A DNA stretch of 63,943 bases, filler included, from Octopus bimaculoides (Eukaryota): the NCBI RefSeq assembly GCF_001194135.2. It is 5 parts of 5 records of this genome, joined end to end, with 100 filler letters (N's around TTAATTAATTAA, not from the genome) between each part and the next. Parts side by side here need not be neighbours in the genome. Positions count along the whole stretch, not along the records: positions 1 to 30,511 come from NC_068981.1; positions 30,612 to 51,026 come from NC_068987.1; 3 more parts are not named here. One strand, given 5' to 3'. The notes under the pieces are model-generated. The model saw only the letters and a list, made by a program, of their open reading frames with translations. It did no database searches and was not told the origin of the DNA. The translations under genes and the position numbers were made by a program. Below, piece by piece: positions 26,561-40,485 of this stretch. Numbering within the stretch: the stretch's first letter is position 1; each line of letters opens with the position of its first letter.

Positions 26561-29209
26561 TATTCTTACAAGGCTAACAGAACATCACTAAAACCAGCCC
26601 TCTGCCCATAAAAAGAATTTTCCAGAGGGATTTTTTATCCACTCTTTTTCCTAGCTCTAATTCCATTAACAAATCTGCTGAATGAAACCACCAATGGTTA
26701 TAGATGCTATGAGGAAGTGTAAACTATCTCCTCTTAATGGGTGACTTGAAAATAGAAAACTACTAAAATTTGTTCATAAATTCAGCCAAGACAGAAATGA
26801 GTATGGTATTAGGTAAATGTGTCAAAGTTACTATAAGAAAAAAAGCACATCAATTACAACTAAGAACAGTAAATTAGATATAGACACTGAACAGGACCAC
26901 CCATAGAGATACTGAGTATTTCTATGGGTAGTTTTGGTCTGATTCTCTTATTTCAGTAAATAGAACTGAAAAGATACAACACACTGAAATTAAGGAGAAA
27001 ATTAGATAAGAGTGCTGTACAAGAGTTAAACTAATATTCAAGACTGAACTCAGCATTTGAAATGCTATAGCCATATCGGTTATGAACTAACAGTTTCAAT
27101 ATAATAATAAACTGAAGTGAATGGAAGAGCATAAACAGAATAATAAGGAAATTACTAACAGTGTCCCAAAGCCACTTCTCCATGGCTGACAGAGATAAAT
27201 TATACATAGCCTGAATACAGGAAGACAGAATGTGGGGAAAAAAAGCTGTTACAAAGTATTATCAGATGTAGAAAAATGAGAAGTGTGCAAAGTGAAATTG
27301 ATTAGAGTAATAAGAAAACATAAAGGAAAAAATTTTCTCAAATACATAAGGAAACAATTAAATACAAACTGGAAACTAACGACACTAAAGAAAAAGATTT
27401 AGATCAGAAGAAAGCAAAAGAAAAGGTTAAACGAAAAAAAAACAACAAAAACAAATCAAAGCAGAATTATCAAACATTCTAAAGAAAAAAATGGAAAAAA
27501 AACCCACTTCATAGTAATACCTTACAAGACATGACAGATCAGAAGTAAGCCAAAGTGAAAGTGAACAATGGTTCAAAAGCTCTGAACTAAAAGTAGAAAC
27601 AGAAGATCTGATTGTAGTTGTATAGGATCTATGTCTAGCTACAAATAATTACAAGATAAAATAATAAAAAAGATACTAACATCAAGTGCAATGCATGCAA
27701 CCAATACAATGAGGTAACTAACCAAATCATTTGTAGCTGATAAATCCTTACCAAGTATGAATATATTCAAAGATATGATTAAGTCAGCAGCTATATCCAC
27801 TGGGCAACAGGCTGACAATTCAACATGAAAATGGAAAAGAAATAGTACAGACATATACCAAACACAGCACATGATAACCTGACCACTATCATTTAGAAAA
27901 TGCCAGTTGAGATTGACAAGGAGATCAAGTTAATCCATCCAAATATAATTATCAAGGATTGCAACAACAATGTTTGAATTCTGAAAAGCATTTCAGTCCA
28001 TTCTAAATGAAAAACATTGCACAGAAGATGGAGAAACTGAGAGAGTACAATGAACTTGAAATTGGAATTGAAATGAACTGTGAGGTATGAAAGTTAAAAT
28101 TACCAATAATTACCGGTATGACGAAAATAATAATTAAGGTGTGATAAAAAATATCTGATCAAGATCATTTAAAAATACTGTGCTAGGACTCGATGTTATG
28201 CACAGTTCAAAAGATAGTTCTTCTTGGCACAGCTCATCCTACTCAACACATTTTCAAAGCTTCACTCAAACAGTAGACTCACTGCACACAATACATACCC
28301 TAAACAATCACTACCCAGTAAAATAAATCATGCAACACATTCTACACAATCAATACTAAGCAATATGACAACACATACTCTACACAATTAACATCCAGGC
28401 AATAACTGTTTCTAATTTAGGTGCAAGGCCAGCATTTTTTGATAGGAGAGAATTCATTACATCAATCCCAGTATTTGCCTATTACTTTATTTTATCTACC
28501 TGGAAGGCTAAAAGGCAAAGTTGACAATGACAGGATTTGAAATAATAATATAAAGAGCTGGAAGAAATACTAAAAGGCATTTTAACTGATACTCTAATGA
28601 TTTTGCCAATCCATTATGCAGTACATACTCTTACATAATCAATACCCAATACTATAAAGCTTACATTTACACAGATGTTATCTGTTAATATAACACACAT
28701 CACATACCCTACACCATCACCATCCTACACTAAAATACATGTCATTGATGATATAACACCTACGCTACACAAACACCATCCAACACCCAAATACATAACA
28801 CCAATCACAGAGTGCATTTGAAACACAAACATCGTCCAGCAAAATAACACAATACACATTGCACATTTTCTACACAGCAAATGGAACATTAAACAGAACC
28901 AGGAACAACAAAGTAGAGCCAACAACAAAACAAAACTTATGTAGTGTACAAACACAATTCTACCGCCCCAAAAGATAATACTGTACACCTCAGAAATATG
29001 GATGTGTACCTGGTGCCATTATAGGAGCTCACATAAATTAAAATTATGATGATGGTGATGATGATGATAATTTCTAACATGAACAGATTGCTGTAAAGCA
29101 TAGGTTGAGGAAAGCTAAAACAAATTTACTGCAGTACATAAGTGGTATTTAATTTAGCATCCAGAAGGGGACTGCAGAATTCCTGGGGAAAAGGAGAAAA
29201 ACTAATGAT

Positions 29210-29415
29210 ATGAAACTCAGAAGAGAAAAATCAAAAACCTACAATCAATAAAAGAATACATATATTATACCAATAATTGTTGGTGCTCTAGGTACATTGA
29301 GCAAAGAAATTAAAAATTGGTTGAAAAAGGTGCATAAAAATGAAAATAGAGTACATTCAGAAAACAATATTACTTGGCTGTGCAAGGAGTCTCTGCAATG
29401 TTCTCATGACTTGAA
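29210..29415 (+). mobile_element. RLE-type LINE C-terminal fragment
   Basis: IPIIVGALGTLSKEIKNWL...IQKTILLGCARSLCNVL. Confidence 0.65.
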
Positions 29416-29812
29416 AAGAATGTACTAGATTAATTCATGGGAAGTGAGCAGCTGGATTGTAAATGACACTTCTTGCAACAAGATGAGTATGTTAGACTTA
29501 GTAAACTATTATAATAATAAATACCTAAATCACAATGTCACACATCTTAAAGGAAACTTGTAGTTGAGGACAATATCAAAAGATGAAATACAACACACAA
29601 AAGGTGGGGTTTCAAAAGAAAATCAACAGTAAAGACATAACAGATTCCAAAATGATTTCAACAAGAAAAAATTCCCCAGTGGTGGGCAGCTCACATAAGG
29701 TAGTTCAGGGAGGGACCTAATTTGGGGGAAACTCTATACAAACAGACCAGATTACTTAGTCATCTCCAAGGCTTTGTAAGTGCCTTCTCTCAGTTTCTTT
29801 CCTCTTACTTAA

Positions 29813-30032
29813 CCCTTTAGTGTTTAAACCGGCTGTATCCGGCCCAAATATTCTACACATTTTATGCTCAAACTGGCTAGAACCAGCCTCTCACACCTAC
29901 CTTGCAATGTCATTCTAAAAATAAGCAATTACATCTTTCCTATCTTGAAGCTACAAAATAATATCAGATAAATTGTTTTAAATGTGAATAAATAAGGATT
30001 ACTTTTGACAAATTAATCTGAACGCTAAAGGG
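29813..30032. mobile_element. piggyBac-type MITE
   Basis: TIR ccctttag(t/c)gtt at both ends, with TTAA at 29809-29812 and 30033-30036. Confidence 0.85.
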
Positions 30033-30162
30033 TTAAAAAAGCATACTCAGGATAGGTTCACTGAAACTCACCAGTCTTGCCATTCTCAGCCACCTTTCAA
30101 TAATAATAATAATGGTTGCTGATTTAGGCACATCAGTGATTTGAGGGGAGGAGAGAGAATAG

Positions 30163-30511
30163 TGATGTCGTAGGAGAGAAATGTGTTCGCATGGATGATG
30201 GTACGCTTGCACTAAATGAGGCTGCAAAGAAAGAGGTCTGGAGATGCCACTACGATAAAATGCTTAATAAAGAGAATGAATGGGAGAAAGAGAGCCTGCC
30301 GTATGTCGACCCAACAGAGGGACCAGCTATCCAAGTTGACAGTACCAGGGTAGATAAAGCAATTAAGAGTATGAAGACAGGGAAAGCCCCCGGCCCATCA
30401 GGAATCACTGCAGAGATGCTCAAAATATCTGGCAGTGTTGGCTACAGCCTAGTCACCCGTATTACGAACCAGGTGATACACGAAGGAGTCATACCCAATG
30501 ACTGGTGTAGC
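30163..30511 (+). mobile_element. RTE-clade LINE ORF fragment (RT N-terminal region), cut by the assembly break
   Basis: Open frame ...AIKSMKTGKAPGPSGITAEMLK...EGVIPNDWCS. Confidence 0.85.
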
Positions 30512-30611
30512 NNNNNNNNNNNNNNNNNNNNNNNNNNNNNNNNNNNNNNNNNNNNTTAATTAATTAANNNNNNNNNNNNNNNNNNNNNNNNNNNNNNNNN
30601 NNNNNNNNNNN
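30512..30611. other. Artificial scaffold-join spacer
   Basis: 44 N + TTAATTAATTAA + 44 N = 100 bp. Confidence 0.95.
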
Positions 30612-30650
<39 letters not shown>

Positions 30651-30875
30651 TGTATATATCAGTATGTGTGCTTTGTGCCTGTGTTTGTGCCCCCACTATC
30701 GCTTGACGACTGAGGCTTGTGTGTTTACGTCTCCGTAATCTAGCGGTTCGGCAAAAGAGTCCGTTAGAATAAGTAGTAAGCTTACAAAGAATAAGTCGTG
30801 GGGTAAAACTCTTTAAGGCTTGCTCCAGCATGACCGCAGTCAAATTACTGAACCAAATAATAGTATACATACACA
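30612..30875 (+). mobile_element. SINE family A, 3' half
   Basis: (TA)n followed by tgtttgtgcccc...tagcggttcggcaaaagag...ctccagcatgaccgcagtc. Confidence 0.8.
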
Positions 30876-31043
30876 CATTTATTTGAGAAGGGGAGATAAT
30901 CTCAGGAATGCTGTTAAGGAAAAGGACAGGCTTATTGTCTGGTGACAAGAGTTTAATTGTTGACACGGGTTTCTACCTCAATGGGCATCATCGGCATATT
31001 GAGGTGGAAAATGTCAGGCTCGGTTGCATCCTCTCTAAGGAGG

Positions 31044-31309
31044 AGGGGGAAAAATGAAAAAAATCTAAATTAAAAAAAAAACGTTATTTGTCAAAATATC
31101 GTTATCTTCATTGTTTAAAACTTAAAAATCAATTTTAAAAAATGGTTTTGACCCTTTTCCGGACCTTCTTTTACTTATATCAGTGGTGGTGGGGGTGGTG
31201 GGGTTGGTAGTGGTGGTTAAAAACCATTAAAAAAAAAATGATTTCTAAGTTTTAACCAATGGAGAGAACGATATTTTGCAAATAGTTTATTTGTTTCATT
31301 CTTCTCCCT
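31044..31309. mobile_element. Hairpin MITE-like element with long imperfect inverted arms
   Basis: 31044-31149 is mirrored by 31219-31309 (atttgtcaaaatatcgtt / aacgatattttgcaaat). Confidence 0.7.
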
Positions 31310-31487
31310 AGTGACATAATTTCTTCATTAACCAACTTTTGAGTCATTACAACATTTATCTCCTAAGTTTTTATTCCACGCAACACCCAGGAATTTGGCT
31401 AGTGGATGCGCACGCGCGTGCTTGTGTGTGCGCGTGCGTGCGAGTGTGTGTGCGTGCATTGTTGTATTCCTGTGGACACGCTCGCGA

Positions 31488-31900
31488 GTAAGAGAGAAAG
31501 ACAAGAGAGAGACATGGAAAAGAGAGAGAAAGGAGAGAAAAAGAGGGAAAAGAGAGAGGAAGATGAAAAAGAGACGCGAGATACGGGAGAGAGAGGGAGG
31601 GGGAGAAGAGAGAGAGAGACGTGGGAGATAAGAGAGAAAGAGAGAGAGAGAGAGGGAGAGGAAGAAGAGAGAGACGAGAGAGAGAAACAAGAGAGAGAGA
31701 GACGAGAGAGAGAAACAAGAGAGAGAGAGACGAGAGAGAGAAACAAGAGAGAGAGACGAGAGAGAGAGACGAGACAAGAGAGAGAGGGAGAGAAGAAAGA
31801 GAGGGAGAGAAGAAAGAGAGAGGAGAGAGAAACGAGAGAGATAGAGCGGGGAGAAGAGAGAGAGAGAGGGATAGAGATAGATAGATAGATTAGAGAGAGG
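31488..31900. repeat. Degenerate GA-rich repeat with ~26-bp higher-order units
   Basis: gagagagagacgagagagagaaacaa is repeated. Confidence 0.9.
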
Positions 31901-31904
31901 AAGC

Positions 31905-32260
31905 ATTTTGCAAGAGCCATGGAAAGATCCGTGTTAGGAATATCATTACCAGAGCCTATTTCGCAATGAGATATTTCAAGAACGGAACGGAGTGAACGAT
32001 GTGATCGCAGAGTACCGAAAGCACAATTTCCGCTGGGCTGGACAGGAAGCAAGGTTCACAGAGAACGGGTGGGCCCGTGCAGTTGTCAACGGATACCAAG
32101 AGATCGGAAAAGCCATTTTAGAAGACCTCCACGATGATGGGAAGACGATTTAGAAAAACGATTTAGGTCAAGGTGGAAAAGAATGGCGCAATCAAAACAG
32201 AATCCAAAGCGCATTGTAACCAGCGGTGTACAATTGTATCTGATGATCTGGTCAATACTG
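31905..32260 (+). mobile_element. RTE-clade LINE C-terminal fragment (second RTE lineage)
   Basis: RAMERSVLGISL; GVNDVIAEYRKH.FRWAG; RPPR.WEDDL across frameshifts. Confidence 0.75.
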
Positions 32261-32591
32261 TGATACTGAGATTAATTTTGTAGATGAAACCAAGTTCCTA
32301 TAATTGGTAATCGAACCCAGATCACATTTTATATACATATACACGGATGACATGACTACATAGCGAACATCATGTAAATATTACAGTGACTCCAACGATG
32401 CAACATGTTATTCAAATATAATCATAGATCCTACCCAATCTTGCTTGTCTAAATTATTGCTCATTCATCGTTTTCGCAGTTCTTTCGTTGTATTGATAAT
32501 AGTGAAAGTAGTGTATATAAACAGGAAAACAAATGTAAAACCAAATTCCACTTCTCTTAGATGTACAAAGTAAACTTTGAAGAATACATAC

Positions 32592-32769
32592 TCGTGTTTT
32601 TCGTAAACTTCAATTACATTGCTAATGCCACTGGAGAAATCTTGAGCGTCAGAAGACAAAATGCTTGCATATTTTCTTCCTCGCAATTTTTGTTCATTTT
32701 TGAATCGTGGACAATTTGATAAATCCATTAGGAAAGCATTGGATAATTCCCAGAAATAATATCTGAAAT
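32592..32769 (-). CDS. Candidate coding exon of an unidentified gene
   Basis: tag|...|gtatgt, 178 nt open: DFRYYFWELSNAFLMDLSNCPRFKNEQKLRGRKYASILSSDAQDFSSGISNVIEVYEKH. Phase-compatible with 33446-33604; no homology recognised. Confidence 0.4.
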
Positions 32770-33295
32770 CTATATGATATAGATAAATTTGCTATTATTT
32801 ATTTGAAACACTTTGCTTCTCATAAAAGACAAAATGTTTTCACATCATTTGTAACCTCCACAGCAAAGCCCTTCAAATATTCAACAATAGCTTGAAATAA
32901 ATATATATTATTTAAATAATAATGTTTCTAAATGGAAAAGGCTATCAATTTCGGAGGAGGGGTTAAATCGATTACATGGACCCCAGTATTCAGCTGGTAC
33001 TTAGTTTATCGACTCCGAATGATGAAAGGCAAAGTCGACCTCGAAGGAATCCAAAGCCTTGTATAATATTAGACAAAAACTTGTTAAGGCTGAAAAAATG
33101 TAAAATAAAATACAAAAGTGAAAACTGAAAAACAGCTGAAATTTTTCTTTGTATTTCTTCGATATTTCGTTGTTAGGACTCTTCCACTAGGACACGTTTG
33201 CCAAAATGGCAGCCACACCTGTTTGCGCATGTCACTGCCTTCTCCCACATATCTAACTAACGATAATAGCATTATTTCATTTTTAATTTCTCCAC

Positions 33296-33338
33296 GTGTC
33301 CTAATGAAGGTGTCCTATCCGAAATATCAGTGAGACAC
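33296..33338 (+). ncRNA. Penelope-terminus / hammerhead-like relic
   Basis: CTAATGA-A-GG(tgtcctat)CC-GAAA-TATC. The core has G5A and stems I and II are weak. Confidence 0.3.
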
Positions 33339-33445
33339 AAACTGTCCTGTTTTTACCTCGTATTTCATTTTAATGCTTCAACCGTAACAAGTTATTATCT
33401 AAAATAACAGTTATAATATTTAGACGAACATCTCTTAGAACTCAC

Positions 33446-33604
33446 CAAGTTTCGTTTTGTATTTCGGTTGTAATATTAAATTTAATGCATCCGAGTTGCA
33501 TTGAGACAGGCACCAAATTATCCTGAGATTATTTACCGCCGCTGCCAAGAGAGAGATTTCATCCATAGATTCATGTCGTAAAAAGCAGTGGTAAGCATGG
33601 ACTC
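33446..33604 (-). CDS. Candidate coding exon of an unidentified gene
   Basis: tttttag|...CTTG|gtgagt, 159 nt open, phase 1-1: VHAYHCFLRHESMDEISLLAAAVNNLRIIWCLSQCNSDALNLILQPKYKTKL. Confidence 0.45.
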
Positions 33605-33756
33605 CTAAAAACTCCGTAGAAGTTTTTGACAACAGTAATAATGTGAAAAAGATAAAATAAAAATAAAATTCTCAGTTTCTCAGGTNNNNNNNNNNNNNNN
33701 NNNNNNNNNNNNNNNNNNNNNNNNNNNNNNNNNNNNNNNNNNNNNNNNNNNNNNNN

Positions 33757-33795
<39 letters not shown>

Positions 33796-34118
33796 TATAA
33801 TTTATGCTTATTTCTGCTTCTATTGTTAAATAAATATTCAGTGATTTCACATTTATCAGTTGAAAACATTAATCTTAAGAATTGACTCACATAAACTTTA
33901 ATATTTTATAATCTTATCGGAAATCTTTGCTGCGGATATTGATCGAGAGATTAACGAGAGTAAACTCCGAAATTTCTAGAGATTTGCATGGGAAATTTGG
34001 AAAATTCCAGTTAAAATATTGTAGACGATGCATCGAAGGAAGAGTCAAAAGGAATTTGCAGGAAGAGAAAATCATTGATCATTATAATCATTAACGTCAG
34101 AATATTTTAACATTTAAT

Positions 34119-34119
<1 letters not shown>

Positions 34120-34160
<41 letters not shown>

Positions 34161-34171
34161 AGCGGCTGTTG

Positions 34172-34215
<44 letters not shown>

Positions 34216-34267
34216 GCTACTACTACTACTGCTACTACTACTACTACTACTACAACTACAACTACTG

Positions 34268-34338
<71 letters not shown>

Positions 34339-34340
34339 AC
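34120..34340. repeat. (TAC)n/(TGC)n compound microsatellite
   Basis: Directly visible. Confidence 0.95.
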
Positions 34341-34344
34341 TCTA

Positions 34345-34715
34345 GACGCAGGCGCTGCCCTGTACCGAGGAGTTTGCTTCCCAGCCACACAGTTGGGAAG
34401 GTTCAGTCCCACCACGTGACGCCTTGGCCAAGTGTTTCTGCTATAGCTGCAGTCCGACCAAATCCTTGTGAGAGGATTTGGTCGACGGAAACTGAAAGAA
34501 GCCCCTTCGTATATATGTTTATATATATGTTTCATATATATGTGTTTTTTTTGTGAGTGTTTCTTTGTGTATGCACTACTCACCCACAACCACTTGACAA
34601 GCGGTGTTGGTGTGTTTACGTTCCTGTAACAAATCAGTTCGGTGTATTTGTTGGACTAAGCCTCAGCATGACTGCAGTCCAATAACTGAAACAAGTGAGG
34701 CGAAAAGATCAAAGA
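34345..34715 (+). mobile_element. SINE family A, degenerate
   Basis: Head, body and tail motifs present. Confidence 0.75.
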
Positions 34716-34721
34716 AAAAAG

Positions 34722-34791
<70 letters not shown>

Positions 34792-35798
34792 GTTTTCTTT
34801 TTTGTATCTTAGTTAAATCCATTTTCTATCAATTCTTTGTTTGATGGATTTTAAATTTATGATGTTTTATATTCCCAGAGTAAAGCAAGCATTATTAAAA
34901 GAGACAACCTTTTCAGTAATTAAGCTTCAAATCAGTTCTAATAGAAATATTCGTTTTTGAAACTGGTGAGGTATTTTGTGGATGTAAATGTATATTTGTG
35001 TGTGTGTTTATATTTTCTTGTGTTTATATGTGTTTGTGAGAGTATTGGTGCTGACATGTGTGCGTAGGTAGCTTTTTCCTCTTTTATATCTTCTTTTCAA
35101 AAATAAAGATCTGTCCTTCACGGAACCCAGAGAAGCCATTTAATGGTCGTACATGTGTCCATTTAAAGGCCAATGATACTAGATTTCAAATAATGGCCAA
35201 ACATTCACATTGTTGAGACTATTTCAATTGAGGCAATTTAAACTTTCAAACGAACGTCTCTCACTTAATAGCAAATAGCAATTGTTGCTTCAAACAGATT
35301 CAATAAATTAGACGAAAATCAAGAAAAATAAACCAATAATAAAAAGGTTATAATGGCGCTATTGTACCTCCCCCTCTCTCCAATGAAGTTGTACAAGTGA
35401 TTATTTATAACCGCCATTGAATACGGTTTATTCTTTAAAATGAATTTTGCCTTTTATAGTAATTTTTGTTGCGTTTGTTCTCGTCGTTATGGTGTTTTGT
35501 CATTGCTTTTGTTCCAAGCTTTTTCTGCTTCAATAGATTTTCAGAGAATGAACTAGAAGGTTAAGTAGGCTACCGAGTACTTGGTAGGGTTCTGAAGTGA
35601 CCTAAACACAGAAATACATTATGTGCTCGTGTATCTGTCTTTTATAATTAACATCGTATTTTCATTGATAAAATCTCTGATAGTCTTCGAGTACCACCTT
35701 TTGTTACATATGAATACAATTAAATGGGAGAAAAAAAAACAAACATTATACCTCCCACTCTTTCACTTTAACTAATGTCTGACACAGTCTCTGTGTGC

Positions 35799-35888
<90 letters not shown>

Positions 35889-36152
35889 ATGTATATATAT
35901 ATTATCCTTGACTATACTTATATACGCATGCCTAGGTAACAAGCTCTCAAATATCACCACTCATACAAAGATCCTTCTACAAATAAAGGGTTTCGAACAT
36001 AATTATTCCAAACACACGCCCACCTTTATACACATTTCCAAACAGACGACAAATTATATTAATTATTCTCTCAATTCGTCTACATTTCACTCGGTACCTC
36101 TCCTCTTTTTCTCATCTTCCTTCACTTTCATATTTTCAGTCTGTGAGATATT

Positions 36153-36358
36153 CTTTTCTACTCTAGGCACAAGGCCCGAAATTTCTGGAGTGGGGGAGCC
36201 AGTCAATTATATCGACCACAGTACGCAACTGGTACTTAATTTATCGACCCAGAAAGGATGAAAGGTAAAATTGACCTCCGCGGGATTTGAACTCAGAACG
36301 TAAAGACAAACGAAATACCGCTAAGTATTTCACTCGGCATGCTAACGTTTCTGCCGCC
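36153..36358 (-). mobile_element. SINE family B with 16-bp TSD
   Basis: TSD cagtctgtgagatatt at 36137-36152 and 36359-36374. Confidence 0.9.
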
Positions 36359-37753
36359 CAGTCTGTGAGATATTAATGAAATTCACTATTTTTGTTGTCT
36401 TGTGAAAAGTTTTCCTCTCATTCATTCGTCAAAGGACGATTGTCCGAAACATCGAATGAGCTCTCTCTTATTTCTTCTTTACATCGTAAAAATAAATACT
36501 AACTTGGATAGTATTTTTCACCTGTCTTTTGTTTTGCTTTCGTTTCGTTTGCTTTGTCCCTGATATGTTTACAATAATTTATTTGCCACACTAACAGAGC
36601 AGCTTAACCATCGGTTTATATGGAATTTGGATTATGTTGGATTTTAGCAACATGATAATCACACTCCCCCCCCCCCCCATCATCATCATCATCTATAAAC
36701 AGCCAGTTACCCTAACTACATACAGTAACCACAGTTTTGTTAACAAGTAAATGAATTCCTCAGTTTCTGTAAAGTAAATATTCCAGTCAATCTAAAAACA
36801 ACGCAACTCTTCGACCCTCGAAATAAAGTTAAAATTCTTGTGTATTCCACAGACACCAATTGATGTGATTCTGCCGTACATTCGGCGTCACACTGCGTCC
36901 CTTTGAATTGCAGTTCAGCACGTCTAACAGGCTTCCATACAGTCCCCCTCTATCGACTACTGAAGTTAATGAGACTTGACCAAAATGCGGCGTAGGGAGA
37001 TCGAAAACGGGACCACGTGATTACGAAACAAAATTCTTACCCATTCGGCTATATCTGTGCATATAACGGATCAGAGTTTGCCACTGTGCGTAGTTTTATG
37101 AATAAAAAAAAACTCCTGGGAAATTTGGGGTGAGGGGAAAAGAGGATTTAAGCGAAGAATGAAGAATTTGGCGTCGAGCCAGGAAGTAGCTTCCGTAGAA
37201 TACACAATACAGACAATCAGTGCAACAAAATTGGATGCCAACGGCTTATGTGTGTCTCATAGCATTCGATGGATATATAAAAAACGGAAATTCCAATGTA
37301 GGGAGATTGCAGAATGGCGGAAATCTTTGGACTATCTGAGTCAGTGACACAGATTTAATTCTCGGTTGAATTGAAGAATTTTTCTTACTCTTTGCAGCTA
37401 TGATTTATGGTTGTCGTCATTAAGTAGAAAGGGGCGAGTTATAAATGGTTAAATCTTCTTCGATACTATTTTAGAAACTTCCTTCCCAGGCTTAGGAGAA
37501 AATTTTGATTTATTTCAACATGTGAGATGAAATGCTACCTGAAGACTATGAGTGACTTTGCCAAACGATATTCTATGTTAGCAATAAATAACAATATCAA
37601 ACAATAGCAAAACCATCAGAAGCCCTCACAGAATATGGTGGGATTTACGTTCTTAATTTACTAATCAATAATTGCTTAAATACTTCGATTTTGGTTTGTA
37701 AGATTCGTTGTAGCAAATCTTGCGTCTTGGGTGGGTCATTATGCCAATAATAC

Positions 37754-37797
<44 letters not shown>

Positions 37798-37811
37798 TGA
37801 TGATGACGATG

Positions 37812-37854
<43 letters not shown>

Positions 37855-38137
37855 CAAGACACGCACTGGTTCAATATCACTTCTTTATTGTTAAAGATCT
37901 AACCAGCTGACTAATGGATCATTTGTTTAACGTGTTGGTTAAACAATCGGCCGGTTGGTTGTTAATAACAGTTCTTTCGTCGTTATTCGTGACCTTCTCA
38001 GTGACTCACTCCCTCTATTCAAGGTCTGCTTAGAAAGAAGTGATGTTGAATCAGTGTGTGTGTTATTACTATTGGTGTAATGGCCCACCCGAGACACAAC
38101 AATAATTGCTTAAATAACAAACCAGTATGTTAGAAAG

Positions 38138-38400
38138 GTGCGTGGCTCAATGGTTAGGGTGTTTCACAGTTTATAGCAGTCACGATCGCAAGATTCCCGG
38201 ACTGGGAGATCCGTTGTGTTCTTGAGCTAAGCACTTCCTTTTCGCTGCTCTGGGGGTCACTTCAACATCTGACGTGAGAGACACCATGCACACATGCAAG
38301 CAAAGTCGATTTGATGAAGAGGATGAGCTAATGTACAACTCAAACATTTGATCCTGAGAAACAAATCCTTTGCAGATTGTTTAACAAAAAGTAGCAGAGA
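38138..38400 (+). mobile_element. Degenerate tRNA-headed SINE-like element
   Basis: A-box-like tggctcaatgg and a decayed B-box region. Confidence 0.45.
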
Positions 38401-38444
38401 CCTCGTTTCTGTGTATCATTATCGAGTGAGGGAGCAGCAGACGC

Positions 38445-38970
38445 TTTTAAAATGACGTTGGGGTACAAATATACGAAGCTCAATATACTTATCAGGATTA
38501 TCCGTCTGATAAGGGTACACTAGGCTCATGCATCACAACCGTATGTGTGCTACACGGTGATCACATACCAAGATAAACAGTGCATGACATTGCAGGTGGG
38601 GCCCAGTTAGAATTTTATTCAGGTCGAGTAGCCCAACCCGCTGAATAAGAGGTCCCTGAATAAGAGTTGTTTAAAGGTGAAAGGATGATGGAAGAAACAT
38701 TCATGTTTGCAGGAATGAATTATTCAAACTCCAAAGAATTCTTCTCAACACATGGCTATGAAACTCCTCGACTACTTCTGCTCGTGATCAGAGATGCACA
38801 TATCGTCAGCCACCAAGGGACATGCTCAACTTGTTAACGTCAAGCAACTGACAAGCAAATCTGTGGTATTGAGCAGAATATCTGCTATAGTTCATCTTTT
38901 ATACCAAGACAAAACAATGTACAAGATAACACTTGCAATCAATTAAGATCAGAAGCCATGAAAGCCACTG
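38445..38970. repeat. Unclassified interspersed repeat
   Basis: Resembles, from memory, a common octopus repeat. Single copy here, so not verifiable in the window. Confidence 0.35.
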
Positions 38971-38981
38971 CTTCGTATAAG

Positions 38982-39185
38982 GTGGCGAACTGGCAGAACC
39001 GTTAGCACCTCGGGCAAATGCTTAGCGGCATTTCGTCCGTCTTTACGTTCTGAGTTCAAATTCCTCCGAAGTCGATTTTACCTCTTATCCTTTCGGGGTC
39101 AATAAAATTAGTACCTGTTGAGCACTGGGGTCGATATAATCGACTTAAGCCCAGAATTACTGGCCTTGTGCCAAACTTTGAAACC
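38982..39185 (+). mobile_element. SINE family B followed by a (CAC)/(TAC) microsatellite
   Basis: CpG-rich, well-preserved family B copy. Confidence 0.85.
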
Positions 39186-39220
39186 GCCGCCGCCACCACC
39201 ACCACCACCACCACCATAAT

Positions 39221-39282
<62 letters not shown>

Positions 39283-40038
39283 ATGGTAGTAGTAGTAGTT
39301 GTGGTGTTTCTGAGTTATTGGTGGTAATCATAATGATATCCAGTATGGTGCTGGCGGTGGTGTTGCTGGTAAAGGCATTGAAAATAGCCGTATCACCAAC
39401 AATGCGCGTAGCAGTTGTCGTAGTGACAATTCTGGTGGTGCTGGTTTAATAATAATGTTGGTGACAAGTTACTGTCAATAGCCATATGAACAATATTGCT
39501 AGCAGTTGTTGTTGTTGTTGTGGTGGTAGTGTCGATGTCAGTGAATGTTGTGACACTCATAATAGAGTGATAGTTTGAAGAAAATAGCAAAAGTGTGTGA
39601 GGTGGCGGTCGGTAGGTGTTTGTAATAATGGTGACATTGTAAGGGTGACTATAAACAAGCCAAAGCTAACTGTTTATCTGTAACTAAATTTGTCCGAACG
39701 GAGCGAAATTGTGATGAAGCCATCGAAACCGGAAATGAAATAATTCTGAAAGAAACACGCCATGTTAGCTCTCTCTGCAAAGTTTTTCACTAATTTCCGG
39801 CCGACCATTATATTATTTTGACCATCACGTTGCCTTTTCAATATGGTGTTCTTTATTTGTGACTCGGTCACATATTCTTAATATTGAATATATTCTCGGG
39901 ATGTGTCAGTCTATCATTCGGTCTGCCTGCCTGCCTGCCTGTCTGTCTGTCTCTACATACATATATATATATATGGTGTACATATACGACATATATATAT
40001 AGATATATACATATCCATGCATGTGCCTATATCTACCA

Positions 40039-40086
<48 letters not shown>

Positions 40087-40261
40087 GTCTACACATACAT
40101 AGACACGCAAAAACACACACGTACACAGAAACACACACATGCACACACATGCACACACATGTAAGCAGTAAATACACACACACATGGTATTCTCTAACAG
40201 GACTCAATTCTTTGGCAGATAAGTCTTACCGAAAGACCCGATTACCAATATTTACTCACCC

Positions 40262-40485
40262 CCATGGCGGCGAAGTGGCCGAATTGTTACGGCTTCAGGC
40301 AATATGCTTAGCGGCATTTCGTCCGTCTTTACGTTCCGAGTTCAAATTCTACCGAAGTCGATTTTGCCTGTCATCCTTTCTAGATCGATAAAATAAGTAT
40401 CAGTTGAGAACTAGAATCGATCTAATCGACTTAGCCCCCTTCCCCCCGAAATTGCTGGCTTTGTGCTAAAATGTGAAGCCAATGT
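40262..40485 (+). mobile_element. SINE family B
   Basis: Family B core. Confidence 0.8.

Larger units (their letters stand above)
25867..28255 (+). mobile_element. Decayed R4/Dong-like (restriction-like endonuclease) non-LTR retrotransposon
   Basis: Collinear broken motifs: WRASGIYKVSN..KHL; NY..VTCLPTSYK; IFQ(G)D..S.LF.LALIPL; NYLLLMGDLK; IRKLLT; QWFKSSELKVETE; KCNAC; QKIVLLGTAH. Interrupted by a family B SINE. Confidence 0.75.

Noticed and set aside
30556-30567. TTAATTAATTAA as a biological palindrome or piggyBac site
   Set aside because: Identical 100-bp N-flanked geometry four times indicates an assembly linker.
37535-37575. CTGAAGA hammerhead candidate (also 55302 and 43126)
   Set aside because: No GAAA after a credible stem II.
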